Position numbers and translations under genes: made by a program
The notes under the pieces: model-generated
Databases searched by the model: none
What the model saw: the letters and a program-made list of their open reading frames with translations, nothing else
What the model was told of the DNA's origin: nothing
Shown: in pieces, positions 41,807 to 50,900 of the stretch
Layout: each line of letters begins with the position of its first letter
How positions within the stretch are numbered: position 1 is the first letter of the stretch
Source of the DNA: Pyrinomonadaceae bacterium
GTDB lineage: Bacteria; Acidobacteriota; Blastocatellia; Pyrinomonadales; Pyrinomonadaceae
Direction: 5' to 3'
DNA length: 64,000 bases
Assembly (NCBI GenBank): GCA_041744135.1
Contig: JBGTLM010000107.1
Span: 4,488 to 68,487, forward strand

Positions 41807-42289
41807 CTACTGTCCTTTATCCACCGGCAGTCCTGCGTTTTTCCACGCGTCCATTCCACCCAGCAAGGCCGCTGCATTCTCGATACCCTTTTTTCTGAGG
41901 TCGAGCACCGCACCGGCGCTCGTATGTTCGTTTGGTCAAGAGCAGTACGTAACAATTGTCTTGTCACGCGGTAACTCTTTTGAGCGCTCCCCTATTTGGG
42001 TGTTGGGAATCAGCTTCGCGCCGCGGACATGACCGAGCTTGTACGATTCCTCGTTACGCACATCAACCACATACGCCTGACCCTTGCTGATCAAATCCTG
42101 CAGCTCAACCGTGGTAATGCGACGCACCCCGTCAGCAGGCGCCGCTGAGGGGGGAGTGGCCTTAGGCTTGGCCGGCGTTGTCGCTGGGGTGGAGCTGGAA
42201 GCGACTCTGTTAGGCGAATCCCCCGAGTTACAGGCGATCAGCGCAAACAAAGCGAAGCTCGCAAGCGCAAATGAAATAAGCAGACGCAT
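41807..42289 (-). CDS. rhodanese-domain lipoprotein with one in-frame TGA (41938-41936) in the active-site loop; candidate selenoprotein, alternatively a fresh nonsense pseudogene
   Basis: GGAGG about 8 nt upstream of the ATG at 42289. Lipobox ALIAC. The hand-translated frame reads ...VVDVRNEESYKLGHVRGAKLIP...DKTIVTYCS-TGA-PNEHTSAGAVLDLRKKGIENAAALLGGMDAWKNAGLPVDKGQ-TAG. There is no frameshift and no other stop. Confidence 0.7.
41902..41922 (-). promoter_or_regulatory. candidate bacterial SECIS hairpin
   Basis: Minus-strand RNA CGAGCGCC-GGUGC-GGUGCUCG forms an 8-bp stem (one G.U pair) with a 5-nt loop that starts GG. The stem base begins 13 nt after the UGA. Confidence 0.45.
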
Positions 42290-42478
42290 GAAGATAGCCT
42301 CCAAAGTAAGTGGGTCGTAATACCTGACAAGCAAAAAGCGAGACGAGGTTAATTTCGTACGGTGCCTCAGTTTTGTCAATGAGCGCCGCGGTTCGGTACG
42401 TTAAGTTGAAAAGCTGTTCGCCTAAAGTCGTCCACTTGGCCCCCTTGGGCAGTGGCTTTCGCTGGACCAATCGAGCGC

Positions 42479-42603
42479 TTCCCCGGAGAGCGGGCGTCCC
42501 GCCCGCTTCCAGCACCGCAAGGTGCGAGGATCTGGCAAGTGCTCGACTTAAGACGTCCTGTTCGCTAAGCGCTCACTGCGGCGGGACGCGCGGTCCGGGG
42601 AAG
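42479..42603. repeat. GC-rich inverted-repeat element (CTTCCCCGGA...CGTCCCGCC / GGCGGGACG...TCCGGGGAAG)
   Basis: The arms at 42479-42504 and 42580-42603 are imperfect reverse complements. A tandem AGGTAACTACTT x2 follows at about 42625-42650. Confidence 0.5.
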
Positions 42604-42753
42604 AGCCACGTGGTCAAGCGAAGGTAACTACTTCAGGTAACTACTTGAGGATGCTCGCATTCCCAAGAAAGGTGATGCCAAACAACTCCGTGTCTTCTTT
42701 CCCGCTCGCCGTGATATAGTCTGCGCTCGCCAACCAACACAAACGGAGCATCA

Positions 42754-43761
42754 ATGCTCGACGAATCGCCCGCGTCCCAGACTCAGCCCAAAACCAAACT
42801 TCTGGTCGCGGGACTGATTTTCCTGATCGCTTCATTCTCTACACTGAGTGTTGATGCTCAAAAACTCGCTACAGGTGGGCGGCGGACAGTTTCGGTCACG
42901 ATTGACGATCTCCCGGTTAATTCCTTACGTAACGACGTAACAACGCAGACGACCATCACTCGCAAGCTGCTCAAGGCCATTAAATCGCACCACGTTCCCG
43001 CGATCGGTTTCGTGAACGAAATTAAGCTCTTGACTAATGGCCAACGGGACGAAAGGCGGGTAGCACTCTTACGGATGTGGCTCGATGCAGGTCTGGAACT
43101 GGGTAATCACACCTTTTCTCATCCCGATCTTAATCGCACGCCGCTCGATACATTTAAACAGGACGTGATTCGTGGTGAGGAAGTCACCAGCCAGTTGCTT
43201 AAAGCTAAGGGTGGGGTGCTGCGCTATTTTCGCCATCCGTTTCTACATGCCGGGAACCACATCGAAAGCAAGCGCGAATTTGAACAGTTTCTGGCGGAAC
43301 GCGGTTATCGGATTGCACCGGTAACAATCGATAACTCCGAATGGATCTTTGCCAGTGCTTATGAGAAGGCCCTGGTGCGTGGTGATAAACAAATGGCGAG
43401 GCGCGTAGCTGAAGCCTACGTTCCATACATGGAGAAAAAGTTTGCTTACTTCGAGCAGCAGTCGTTGGCGCTGTTTGGTTATGAGATGAAGCAGGTTCTG
43501 CTACTCCACGCCAACGCGCTGAACGCCGACTATTTTGACAAGCTGGCCCGGATGATCAAGAAGCGCGGCTACGAGTTCATTTCCCTCGATGAGGCGCTCA
43601 CAGATAAGGCTTACACCTCCCCTGACACGTATGCCGGGCCTGGCGGCATCACCTGGATTCATCGCTGGGCAATAACTGCCGGAAAGGACGATGAATTTTT
43701 CCGAGGCGAACCGCGAACCCCTTACTTTGTGCTGAAGGAAGCAGGGGTTGCGTCAGAATAG
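42754..43761 (+). CDS. polysaccharide deacetylase (CE4 / NodB-homology) family protein, secreted
   Basis: VSVTIDDLPVN (the TFDD-type motif), HTFSHPDLN (His motif) and an N-terminal signal-anchor. Confidence 0.8.
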   Translation: MLDESPASQTQPKTKLLVAGLIFLIASFSTLSVDAQKLATGGRRTVSVTIDDLPVNSLRNDVTTQTTITRKLLKAIKSHHVPAIGFVNEIKLLTNGQRDERRVALLRMWLDAGLELGNHTFSHPDLNRTPLDTFKQDVIRGEEVTSQLLKAKGGVLRYFRHPFLHAGNHIESKREFEQFLAERGYRIAPVTIDNSEWIFASAYEKALVRGDKQMARRVAEAYVPYMEKKFAYFEQQSLALFGYEMKQVLLLHANALNADYFDKLARMIKKRGYEFISLDEALTDKAYTSPDTYAGPGGITWIHRWAITAGKDDEFFRGEPRTPYFVLKEAGVASE

Positions 43762-43805
43762 TGTTAGTCGATCAGAGCCTAGGCAGTTTGCCTTCTGGCT
43801 CTCAT

Positions 43806-43970
43806 TCACACCGCAGCTTCAGCCCGGTGTCAACGGCAAGCTCCGAAAAATGGGAACCGTTTGGAACGGTTTTTCTTTGAGCAGCGATAACGGTTGCTAG
43901 CAGAATCCGTTGAAACGGTTCAGGAGATTGTTTAGTGCGCTTCACCACCGGGCTAAAAGCCACGGTGTGA
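43806..43970. repeat. MITE-like element with 25-bp terminal inverted repeats
   Basis: TCACACCGCAGCTTCAGCCCGGTG (43806-43829) against CACCGGGCTAAAAGCCACGGTGTGA (43946-43970). Internal AACCGTTTGGAACGGTT and CCGTTGAAACGG palindromes. Confidence 0.6.
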
Positions 43971-44022
43971 CTGAGAAGCAGAGTAATTGATACGGCCCAA
44001 CAGTTTTTCCCGAGATTGATGG

Positions 44023-44646
44023 ATGGACTTCATATCTGCATTCAAGAGCGAGTTGTTTCGGCCTCTCGCAACCCTGGTCGTTCCGGGCGGCGTTGCAATT
44101 AGTCCTTATGTGCTGGTGGTGGGTTATTACTTTCCAGGAGTTACCTCCTTTTGGAATCATCATACGTCAGTGTTTGTCGCGATACTCGTGATTTGTATTG
44201 TCGCGGTCGGATTAATCGTGGAGGATTTGGGTGCTTTCATAGAACGTGACTTTTGGGATAGCAAACTTGCAAAAGAGAGTGAAGACCACTCAGATCATTG
44301 GGGGCAGTATCTCAAACTAAGATTGAAGGACGAGATTGTAGGTCAAAGATATCTGCGGACCCTGCTCACAAGAATGAAGTTTGAGCTAGCTATGGTCCCG
44401 GCATTCTTCTTTTTCTGGTGCGGACTCTTATGGCTAAATCGCCTCTATGGGCTCTGGCGTCCAAGTCGCTTTGGACTCTTGTCTGGAGTGCTTCTGATAC
44501 TGACGATTTACTTGTTGTTGGAGTCTTATCGAAGTGCCAGCGTTATGTCCCAAACCCGAAGTCTCATTATCGAAGCAGTTGCCGAGTCATACCCAGACCT
44601 GGCAGGCAAAGGGCAAAATGATCGTGAGGACCGTGAAGTTGAGTAG
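44023..44646 (+). CDS. hypothetical integral membrane protein (about 4 TM)
   Basis: Hydrophobic segments VVPGGVAISPYVLVVGYYF, VFVAILVICIVAVGLIV, MVPAFFFFWCGLLWL and LLSGVLLILTIYLLL. GC is lower than in the neighbours. Confidence 0.5.
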   Translation: MDFISAFKSELFRPLATLVVPGGVAISPYVLVVGYYFPGVTSFWNHHTSVFVAILVICIVAVGLIVEDLGAFIERDFWDSKLAKESEDHSDHWGQYLKLRLKDEIVGQRYLRTLLTRMKFELAMVPAFFFFWCGLLWLNRLYGLWRPSRFGLLSGVLLILTIYLLLESYRSASVMSQTRSLIIEAVAESYPDLAGKGQNDREDREVE

Positions 44647-44752
44647 GTCAAAGATGAAAGAAGGGGGCGTGACTAGAGTATAGCTTTACTGAATGAGTGG
44701 CCGAGTCCTCACCATCAGGGATAATATGCTCTCATTAAATTAGGGCTGAGCT

Positions 44753-45304
44753 ATGAACACTAAAAGAGAAGCCACATCGACGACCTCTACCGCGTCCCTG
44801 AAAACGGGAAAGCGGAAACTCGTCAACGGAGAGTTGGTTTTTATGTCCCCCACCGGAGGAGTACCCGGCCGCGCTGCCGGCAGAATTTATCAAAGTCTGG
44901 ATGATTATGAGCGAACGGTCGGAGGTGGTTATGCCTTCCCAGACAACGTCGGGTTCATCGTCAACCTTCTTAATCGCCGTTCGTTCAGTCCCAACACCGC
45001 TTTCTATAAAGGCGAGCTGAGAGGCGGATTGTTTTTGGAAGGTGCGCCAATCTTCGCTGTCGAAGTGCGCAGCACCGACGATTATGGTTTAAAGGCCTAG
45101 GCACGCATGGCCCAAAAACGCGCCGACTACTTTGCCGCCGGAACGTTGGTCGTTTGGGACGTCGACGTGCTAAGAGACAAGCTCGTCCGCGTTTACCGCT
45201 CCAGCAATCCGGAGAGTCCAACTGTGAATCGTCGTGGCGAGATTTCCGAAGCAGAGCCCGCGTTGCCCGCTTGGACGATTGCGGTTGACGAGATCTTCGA
45301 CTGA
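44753..45304 (+). pseudogene. Uma2-family (DUF820) endonuclease interrupted by one in-frame TAG (45098-45100)
   Basis: ...LVNGELVFMSPTGG...APIFAVEVRSTDDYGLKA-TAG-ARMAQKRADYFAAGTLVVWDVD... Both tracked ORFs (44753-45100 and 45107-45304) are in the same frame. Confidence 0.7.
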
Positions 45305-45388
45305 CTAGAAGGGCTTCACGATGAAACGCTGCTCACCTCAGATACGACGCTGTGCTACATAGTTGGCCACGCATGTTAGACTGAAGCC

Positions 45389-45622
45389 ATGGAAACCATC
45401 CAACTGACGATCGACGAATCGCTATTGGCTGAAATGAATCGGGCCACTGACGCCTTGAAGATGACGCCTTCTGATTTCATGAGAGTTGCTTTGGAAAGGG
45501 CTCTGCAACAGCGCGAGATAATCGCCAAGGAACGACAGCATGCCCAAGGCTACATGGCCCATCCCCAACAGCCGGAGGAAATCGCGGAATGGCAGGATGA
45601 ACAGGAGTGGGGAGAGCCATGA
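45389..45622 (+). CDS. ribbon-helix-helix (CopG/MazE-like) antitoxin
   Basis: METIQLTIDESLLAEMNRATDALKMTPSDFMRVALERAL. Its stop overlaps the toxin start (ATGA). Confidence 0.7.
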   Translation: METIQLTIDESLLAEMNRATDALKMTPSDFMRVALERALQQREIIAKERQHAQGYMAHPQQPEEIAEWQDEQEWGEP

Positions 45623-45945
45623 AGCAGGGCGATGTTTACTGGTACACGTTCCGTGCTCCTGATAAGCGCCGCCCAGTTTTGATCCTAACTCGTACTTCTG
45701 CCATCACCTATCTTACCGGTATAACGGTTGCCCAGATTACAACGACGATTCGGGGAACTGCCTCCGAAGTCTTGCTTACTCCGGGAGAGGATGGCGTCTT
45801 AGCCGAATGCGTCGTCAATACCGACAATATTCAAACGATTCAAAGGCCCCAGCTCGGCGATCTCATTACTGAGTTATCGCCTGAGCGCATGCGCGAGGTG
45901 CGCACGGCGATTGAATTCGCGTTGGGATTTGATGCTTTGGCGTAA
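45619..45945 (+). CDS. mazF: MazF/PemK-family type II toxin endoribonuclease
   Basis: MKQGDVYWYTF...KRRPVLILT...VAQITTTIRG...SEVLL...NTDNIQTIQRPQLG fits the PemK fold pattern. Confidence 0.8.
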   Translation: MKQGDVYWYTFRAPDKRRPVLILTRTSAITYLTGITVAQITTTIRGTASEVLLTPGEDGVLAECVVNTDNIQTIQRPQLGDLITELSPERMREVRTAIEFALGFDALA

Positions 45946-46074
45946 CTTGATGCAAGTGATGAGTGGAGCGCGGTATGAAGTCGAGGCGGAAAAACGTCAT
46001 GGAAGAGAGTCTGATACGGCAGCCGAAATCCGTCGAGAGTTAGAAGGACGGCACCATAGCGATAGCACTGGACA

Positions 46075-46303
46075 AGTGTTGTGCGACTTCGACGAGATTC
46101 TGAGCGCGGCACTTTCACTGCCTCCTGGCGCAAGAGCGATGCTGGCGGATCATCTGCTTGTTAGTCTGGACTCTCCGAATCAAGAACAGATCGACGCTGC
46201 TTGGGCACCAGAGATTGAGGTACGAATACACGAAATCGACGAAGGCAAAGTTGAGACGATAGACGGGGAAACTGTGATGCGTGAGTTACGAACCAGGCTT
46301 TAA
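46075..46303 (+). CDS. orphan 'putative addiction module component' (TIGR02574-like antitoxin)
   Basis: EILSAALSLPPGARAMLADHLLVSLDSPNQEQIDAAWAPEIEVRIHEIDEGKVETIDGETVMRELR. The start is guessed at the GTG at 46075. No cognate toxin gene follows. Confidence 0.5.
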
Positions 46304-46364
46304 AAAATCATGACCGCTTCACACATGACGTAACCTACCTGGCTGGTGATAATCTGCACTAGAA

Positions 46365-46790
46365 ATGGAAGGCACTTCCTCAGATACCAAAGAAATTGAG
46401 CGAATTGCCCAGCAGCTTGGTTTAGACATCACCGTGTTACGCAATGAAAAGCGAAAACGCATCCTGATTGACTACTTAACCGCAGTCGAGCAAACCTTTC
46501 CGGCAGCTTGGGCGGACACGAAGCGTCAGCATTATGCTCTCCTTTTACCAACTGGATTACAGATAATGATCTCTCTGCTTCCTGACATCATGCAGCGATG
46601 CGATTTCTATGAGGGCTTTACATACAACAGGACGACGTTCAGCAAACAGTTAGAGCCCCTCGTTAGTCTTGCTCTACTTGGCGATTGGGCAAAGTCAGCT
46701 GTTGAAGATTCCATATCTGTGAGACCACGACGAGAAATGTTTTTTGAGCAGCTAAAGGAGGCCCTAAAGGTAAAACCACCATCATCATAG
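46365..46790 (+). CDS. hypothetical protein
   Basis: ATG ORF ending 15 nt before the Mo-oxidoreductase start. No motif securely recognised. Confidence 0.45.
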   Translation: MEGTSSDTKEIERIAQQLGLDITVLRNEKRKRILIDYLTAVEQTFPAAWADTKRQHYALLLPTGLQIMISLLPDIMQRCDFYEGFTYNRTTFSKQLEPLVSLALLGDWAKSAVEDSISVRPRREMFFEQLKEALKVKPPSS

Positions 46791-46805
46791 TCTCACAATA
46801 CTCAT

Positions 46806-49727
46806 ATGAATTTGGACGAACAAGTTAGCGCCGCCCGTGAGGAAACCGAAGCTCGCGGCGAGACATTTTATCCAGGTCCGAGCAGGATTCATCTTGCTGC
46901 GTTTCCACCCAAAGAGCGTTGGAATGATTGGACTGAGCTTGATCCGCAGGCGTGGCCGCGGCGCAAAGAACGGCGCTACACGCTAGTACCTACCACCTGC
47001 TTCAATTGCGAATCAGCTTGTGGGTTGCTCGCCTACATCGATAAAGCCACTGGCGAGGTACAGAAGTTTGAAGGTAATCCCGAGCATCCAGGCTCACGTG
47101 GAAGAAATTGCGCCAAGGGTCCGGCGACACTGAATCAGATCACCGATCCCGATCGCATTCTCTATCCGCTCAAACGCACCGGTAAACGAGGCGAAGGAAA
47201 ATGGGAGCAGGTGAGTTGGAATGAAGTACTGGACGAGTTAGCCGCTCGAATACGAAAGGCAATTGTCGAGGATCGCCGAAAAGAGATCATGTATCACGTT
47301 GGACGTCCGGGCGAAGATGGTTTTACGGAACGCATACTTGCCGCCTGGGGCCTCGACGGCCACAACTCTCATACAAACATCTGCTCATCAAGCAGCCGCG
47401 AAGGCTACCAACTGTGGATGGGTCTCGATCGCCCCAGCCCCGATCACGCCAACGCCAAAGTAATTTTTCTTATCAGCGCCCACCTCGAATCGGGGCATTA
47501 TTTCAATCCCCACGCGCAACGGGTGATCGAAGGCAAAACTAATGGCGCGAAGTTGATCGTATTCGACACGCGGCTTTCAAACACAGCCACCCATGCAGAC
47601 TATTGGGTCTCGCCCATTCCTGGTTCGGAAGCGGCAATCCTGCTGGCCATCGCAAACTATCTAATTCAGAACGATCTCTACAATCGAGATTTCGTGCGAC
47701 GCTGGTGGAATTGGGAAGAGTATCTTTCACTTGAGCACACGGAAGTCGCGTCGGCCTTCGAAAACTTCGAGCTCATCTTGAAAGAACTCTACCGGGGGTA
47801 CACCTTCCAGTTTGCCGGAAAGGAATCAGGCGTGGACCCGGGGCAGTTGGAAGATGTTGCGAAGTGCGTGGCAACTGCGGGAACCCGACTGAGCACCCAT
47901 AACTGGCGCAGCGCCTCGTCCGGCAACAGTGGGGGATGGCAGGTTGCGCGATGCCTTTTCATGCTTAACGCTTTGATGGGCGCGGTGGCTACGGAAGGCA
48001 GCGTGTTTCCCAATGCCTGGAACAAGTTCGTGCCCAGGCCAATCTATACTCCGCCACATCCGAAGATGTGGAATGAGACCACCTGGCCTCGAGAGTATCC
48101 GCTCTCGATGAACGAGCTTTCTTTCCTGCTGCCGCATCTATTGAAAGACGGTCGCGCGAAACTGGATGTTTACTTTACCCGAGTCTACAACCCGGTTTGG
48201 ACCAACCCCGACGGCTTCTCCTGGATCGAAGCGCTCACTGATAGCAATCTGATTGGCTGTCACGTCGCTCTCACCCCCGTCTGGAACGAGACGTCGTACT
48301 TCGCCGATTACATTCTGCCGATGGGTCTTGGCTCTGAGCGTCACGACATTCACTCCTACGAAACTCACGACTCTCAATGGCTCGGTTTTCGCCAACCCGT
48401 GATGAAAGCCGCGCGCGAGCGTTTGGGGGAAGAAATCAGCGATACCCGTGAAGTGAATCCCGGCGAGGTTTGGGAAGAGAATGAATTCTGGCTCGACCTT
48501 AGCTGGAGGATCGATCCGGATGGGCAGTTAGGAATTCGCCAGTACGTGGAGTCGAAGAAGAATCCGGGTGAGCGGCTGAGTGTTGACGAATACTATGAGT
48601 GGATTTTTGAGAACTCCGTTCCCGGACTGCCTCAAAAAGCTGCGGCCGAGGGTTTAAAGCCCCTCGAATTCATGCGGCGTTACGGCGCGTTCGAAATTGC
48701 CAGCAAGGTCGGCGCGCTCTATGAAGAAACGATCCCACCGGAAGAAATCGAAGATGGACGTCAGGATCAGTTCGGACGCGTCTATACAACGACTGCTAAA
48801 CCTGCTTCGCCAAATATTGTCCCGTTGCCAACCATTGATCCTGATCCGGAAGGACGGAGGTTTGTCGGAGTGAATATTGAAGGGACACTCAAACGTGGGT
48901 TTCCCACGCCCAGTGGCCGTCTCGAGTTCTTTTCGCCCACACTCGCAAACTGGGGTTGGCACGAAGTTGCCGTTCCCACTTATATTCGGAGCCACGTGCA
49001 CCCTGAAAACATGGCCGCGGATCAGAGTGTTCTCATTTCCACGTTCCGGCTCGCGATGCAGATCCATACGCGCAGTTCGAATGCGAAGTGGTTGAACGAG
49101 ATTGCGCATACCAACCCGCTGTGGATTCATCCTTCTTTTGCGAAACGCATCGGAGTTGGCACGGGCGACCTCGTTCGCGTTGAGACGGAGATTGGTTACT
49201 TTGTCGTGCACGCATGGGTGACCGAAGGGATCCGTCCCGAGGTGGTCGCCTGCAGTCATCACATGGGCCGCTGGAAGACTCATGAGCAGGGAGCCCGGCA
49301 GATGATGGCCACGGTCAAACTAGATCATCAGAACACTGAATGGGGTTTACAACGCGAGAAAGGTGTCGAGGCTTACCAGTCGAGCGATCCCGATACGCTG
49401 CGCATCTGGTGGAGCGATGTGGGCGTGCATCAGAATTTGACGTTTCCGGTTCATCCCGATCCCGTGTCGGGGATGCACTGCTGGCATCAGGCCGTGCGCG
49501 TGAAAAAGGCCCAAGCGGAGGATAAGTACGGCGATATCTTCGTGGATACAAACAAGTCGCGCGATGTTTACCGGAAATGGTTGGCAATGACGCGACCTGC
49601 CGATACCTACTCGCCTGACGGCACGCGCCGGCCCTACTGGATGCTGCGCCCCTTGAGCCGGCGCGGGAGTTTTACCGCCTGCCGCATGAAAACGAGACCG
49701 GGAGTGTCGAGTTATAGAAACCTCTGA
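46806..49727 (+). CDS. molybdopterin (bis-MGD) oxidoreductase family protein, cytoplasmic; no Tat signal and no partner subunit genes adjacent
   Basis: N-terminal Fe-S motif CFNCESACGLL...(27 aa)...CAKG. Probable Mo-ligand region HTNICSSSS. C-terminal MGD-binding barrel LWIHPSFAKRIGVGTGDLVRVETEIGYFVVHAWVTEGIRPEVV. The last ~20 codons are uncertain. Confidence 0.85.
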   Translation: MNLDEQVSAAREETEARGETFYPGPSRIHLAAFPPKERWNDWTELDPQAWPRRKERRYTLVPTTCFNCESACGLLAYIDKATGEVQKFEGNPEHPGSRGRNCAKGPATLNQITDPDRILYPLKRTGKRGEGKWEQVSWNEVLDELAARIRKAIVEDRRKEIMYHVGRPGEDGFTERILAAWGLDGHNSHTNICSSSSREGYQLWMGLDRPSPDHANAKVIFLISAHLESGHYFNPHAQRVIEGKTNGAKLIVFDTRLSNTATHADYWVSPIPGSEAAILLAIANYLIQNDLYNRDFVRRWWNWEEYLSLEHTEVASAFENFELILKELYRGYTFQFAGKESGVDPGQLEDVAKCVATAGTRLSTHNWRSASSGNSGGWQVARCLFMLNALMGAVATEGSVFPNAWNKFVPRPIYTPPHPKMWNETTWPREYPLSMNELSFLLPHLLKDGRAKLDVYFTRVYNPVWTNPDGFSWIEALTDSNLIGCHVALTPVWNETSYFADYILPMGLGSERHDIHSYETHDSQWLGFRQPVMKAARERLGEEISDTREVNPGEVWEENEFWLDLSWRIDPDGQLGIRQYVESKKNPGERLSVDEYYEWIFENSVPGLPQKAAAEGLKPLEFMRRYGAFEIASKVGALYEETIPPEEIEDGRQDQFGRVYTTTAKPASPNIVPLPTIDPDPEGRRFVGVNIEGTLKRGFPTPSGRLEFFSPTLANWGWHEVAVPTYIRSHVHPENMAADQSVLISTFRLAMQIHTRSSNAKWLNEIAHTNPLWIHPSFAKRIGVGTGDLVRVETEIGYFVVHAWVTEGIRPEVVACSHHMGRWKTHEQGARQMMATVKLDHQNTEWGLQREKGVEAYQSSDPDTLRIWWSDVGVHQNLTFPVHPDPVSGMHCWHQAVRVKKAQAEDKYGDIFVDTNKSRDVYRKWLAMTRPADTYSPDGTRRPYWMLRPLSRRGSFTACRMKTRPGVSSYRNL

Positions 49728-49924
49728 TTACTTCTCATCCTCATAAAACACTTTACCTGCCTGCTTTGTTTTGGAAAACAGGTCTCATTGCCTGTTTCAA
49801 ATTAGGGAAGCGTTAGCTTTAGGACTACAAGTCAACGCTTCCCTAGTATTCGTACACATTAGTCTGCGTAGCCCGCAAACTTACCTGACCAGAGCTAAAA
49901 AAGACCTTGTTGAGGAGAATCTTA

Positions 49925-50545
49925 ATGCGACCTCTTAGCGTTTTTCACAAACTTGCAATTTCATTCGCGCTTTGCCTGTTCATTAGTGTGACAGCGAAGG
50001 CCGATACAATCTTGTTAATCAATGGAGGCCCGTCTGTTCCCTTCACCTACCAGTCGGCTACCTTCGTCAACAGCAATGCAACGGCAACTTTCACGTTGAA
50101 CGGGAATGTCTTAACCGTTCAGCTCACCAACACTTCGACCGAACTGGGAGACGGTACAATTCTGACTGGGCTTGGTTTCGACACCTCGCCGAACGTAACC
50201 GGAACTTATTCGGCGACTGGCAACGCCAATCTCTGGAGTTTCAACCAAGGTGGTCTTTCGTCATTTGAAGTCTCAGCCCACGGGCAGGGTATAGGCGAGG
50301 GCATTGCACAGGGAGTTACCAATACGCTGACGTTCACACTGTCGGGCTTGAACGGGGGCAACCTGTTTATTGATCTGACACAGGTTCACCTGCAAAGCCG
50401 CGGCCCTGGAGATGGTGGCAGTGAAAAGCCGCCTGGTACAAACACGCCAACCCCCGAACCTGCGACCATGTTGCTACTTGGAACGGGATTAATGGGAGTT
50501 GCCGGAGCCGTTCGACGAAAACTGAACGCGGGCAAATTGAACTAA
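49925..50545 (+). CDS. PEP-CTERM sorting-domain secreted protein
   Basis: GAGGAG about 8 nt upstream of the ATG at 49925. A signal peptide. C-terminal PEPATMLLLGTGLMGVAGAVRRK. Confidence 0.8.
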   Translation: MRPLSVFHKLAISFALCLFISVTAKADTILLINGGPSVPFTYQSATFVNSNATATFTLNGNVLTVQLTNTSTELGDGTILTGLGFDTSPNVTGTYSATGNANLWSFNQGGLSSFEVSAHGQGIGEGIAQGVTNTLTFTLSGLNGGNLFIDLTQVHLQSRGPGDGGSEKPPGTNTPTPEPATMLLLGTGLMGVAGAVRRKLNAGKLN

Positions 50546-50825
50546 GGGTCGCCTCCGTAGCCTGAGGTTGCCAACACAGTGCCCTTTGCCGAGAAAAACA
50601 TGTGCACAATACCTATGATGTTTCCCTTGGACTTTTACGGCAAGATTTATGTGCTGCAGGATGAGAAGGGAAACACTGTCGGAACGGGCACGCGTCAGGT
50701 GTGCGAAACATTGCTATACATCATCACGAAGCCACTAACGCCCTCGGTTTCCGATAGCAAAGAAACGTTCGTTTCTCAGAGGCCTAATGTGCGGGCCGCT
50801 ATAACCATTTAGCTTCAACCGTAAA

Positions 50826-50900
50826 GCGATCCACCAAATCACACGAAGTAGCACGAATTAGGACATCCATTTCGTGCGTCTTCGCGTGTTTTCGTGAATC
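50826..50900. repeat. family-B 'CACGAA / TTCGTG' palindromic element
   Basis: GCGATCCACCAAATCACACGAAGTAGCACGAATTAGG...CATTTCGTGCGTCTTCGCGTGTTTTCGTGAATC. Confidence 0.55.

Noticed and set aside
41715-42032. Tracked ORFs 41715-42032 (+) and 41725-41967 (-), which overlap the 3' part of the rhodanese gene.
   Set aside because: The rhodanese frame continues through the TGA and gives a textbook domain end (GGMDAWKNAGLPV). The competing frames translate to low-complexity sequence.
46806-49727. Possibility that the molybdopterin oxidoreductase is a Sec-containing formate dehydrogenase linked to the UGA finding.
   Set aside because: The ORF has no internal TGA, and the putative Mo-ligand region reads HTNICSSSS (Cys). 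Only the last ~20 codons are doubtful: an alternative frame gives ...PLEPAREFYRLPHENETGSVEL ending at about 49714. That could mean a terminal frameshift, but I cannot decide it without homologs.
49907-50812. ORFs 49907-50545 and 50579-50812 are in the same frame, so I considered stop-codon read-through.
   Set aside because: Two stops (TAA at 50543 and TAG at 50558) separate them. The PEP-CTERM motif already marks a natural C-terminus.
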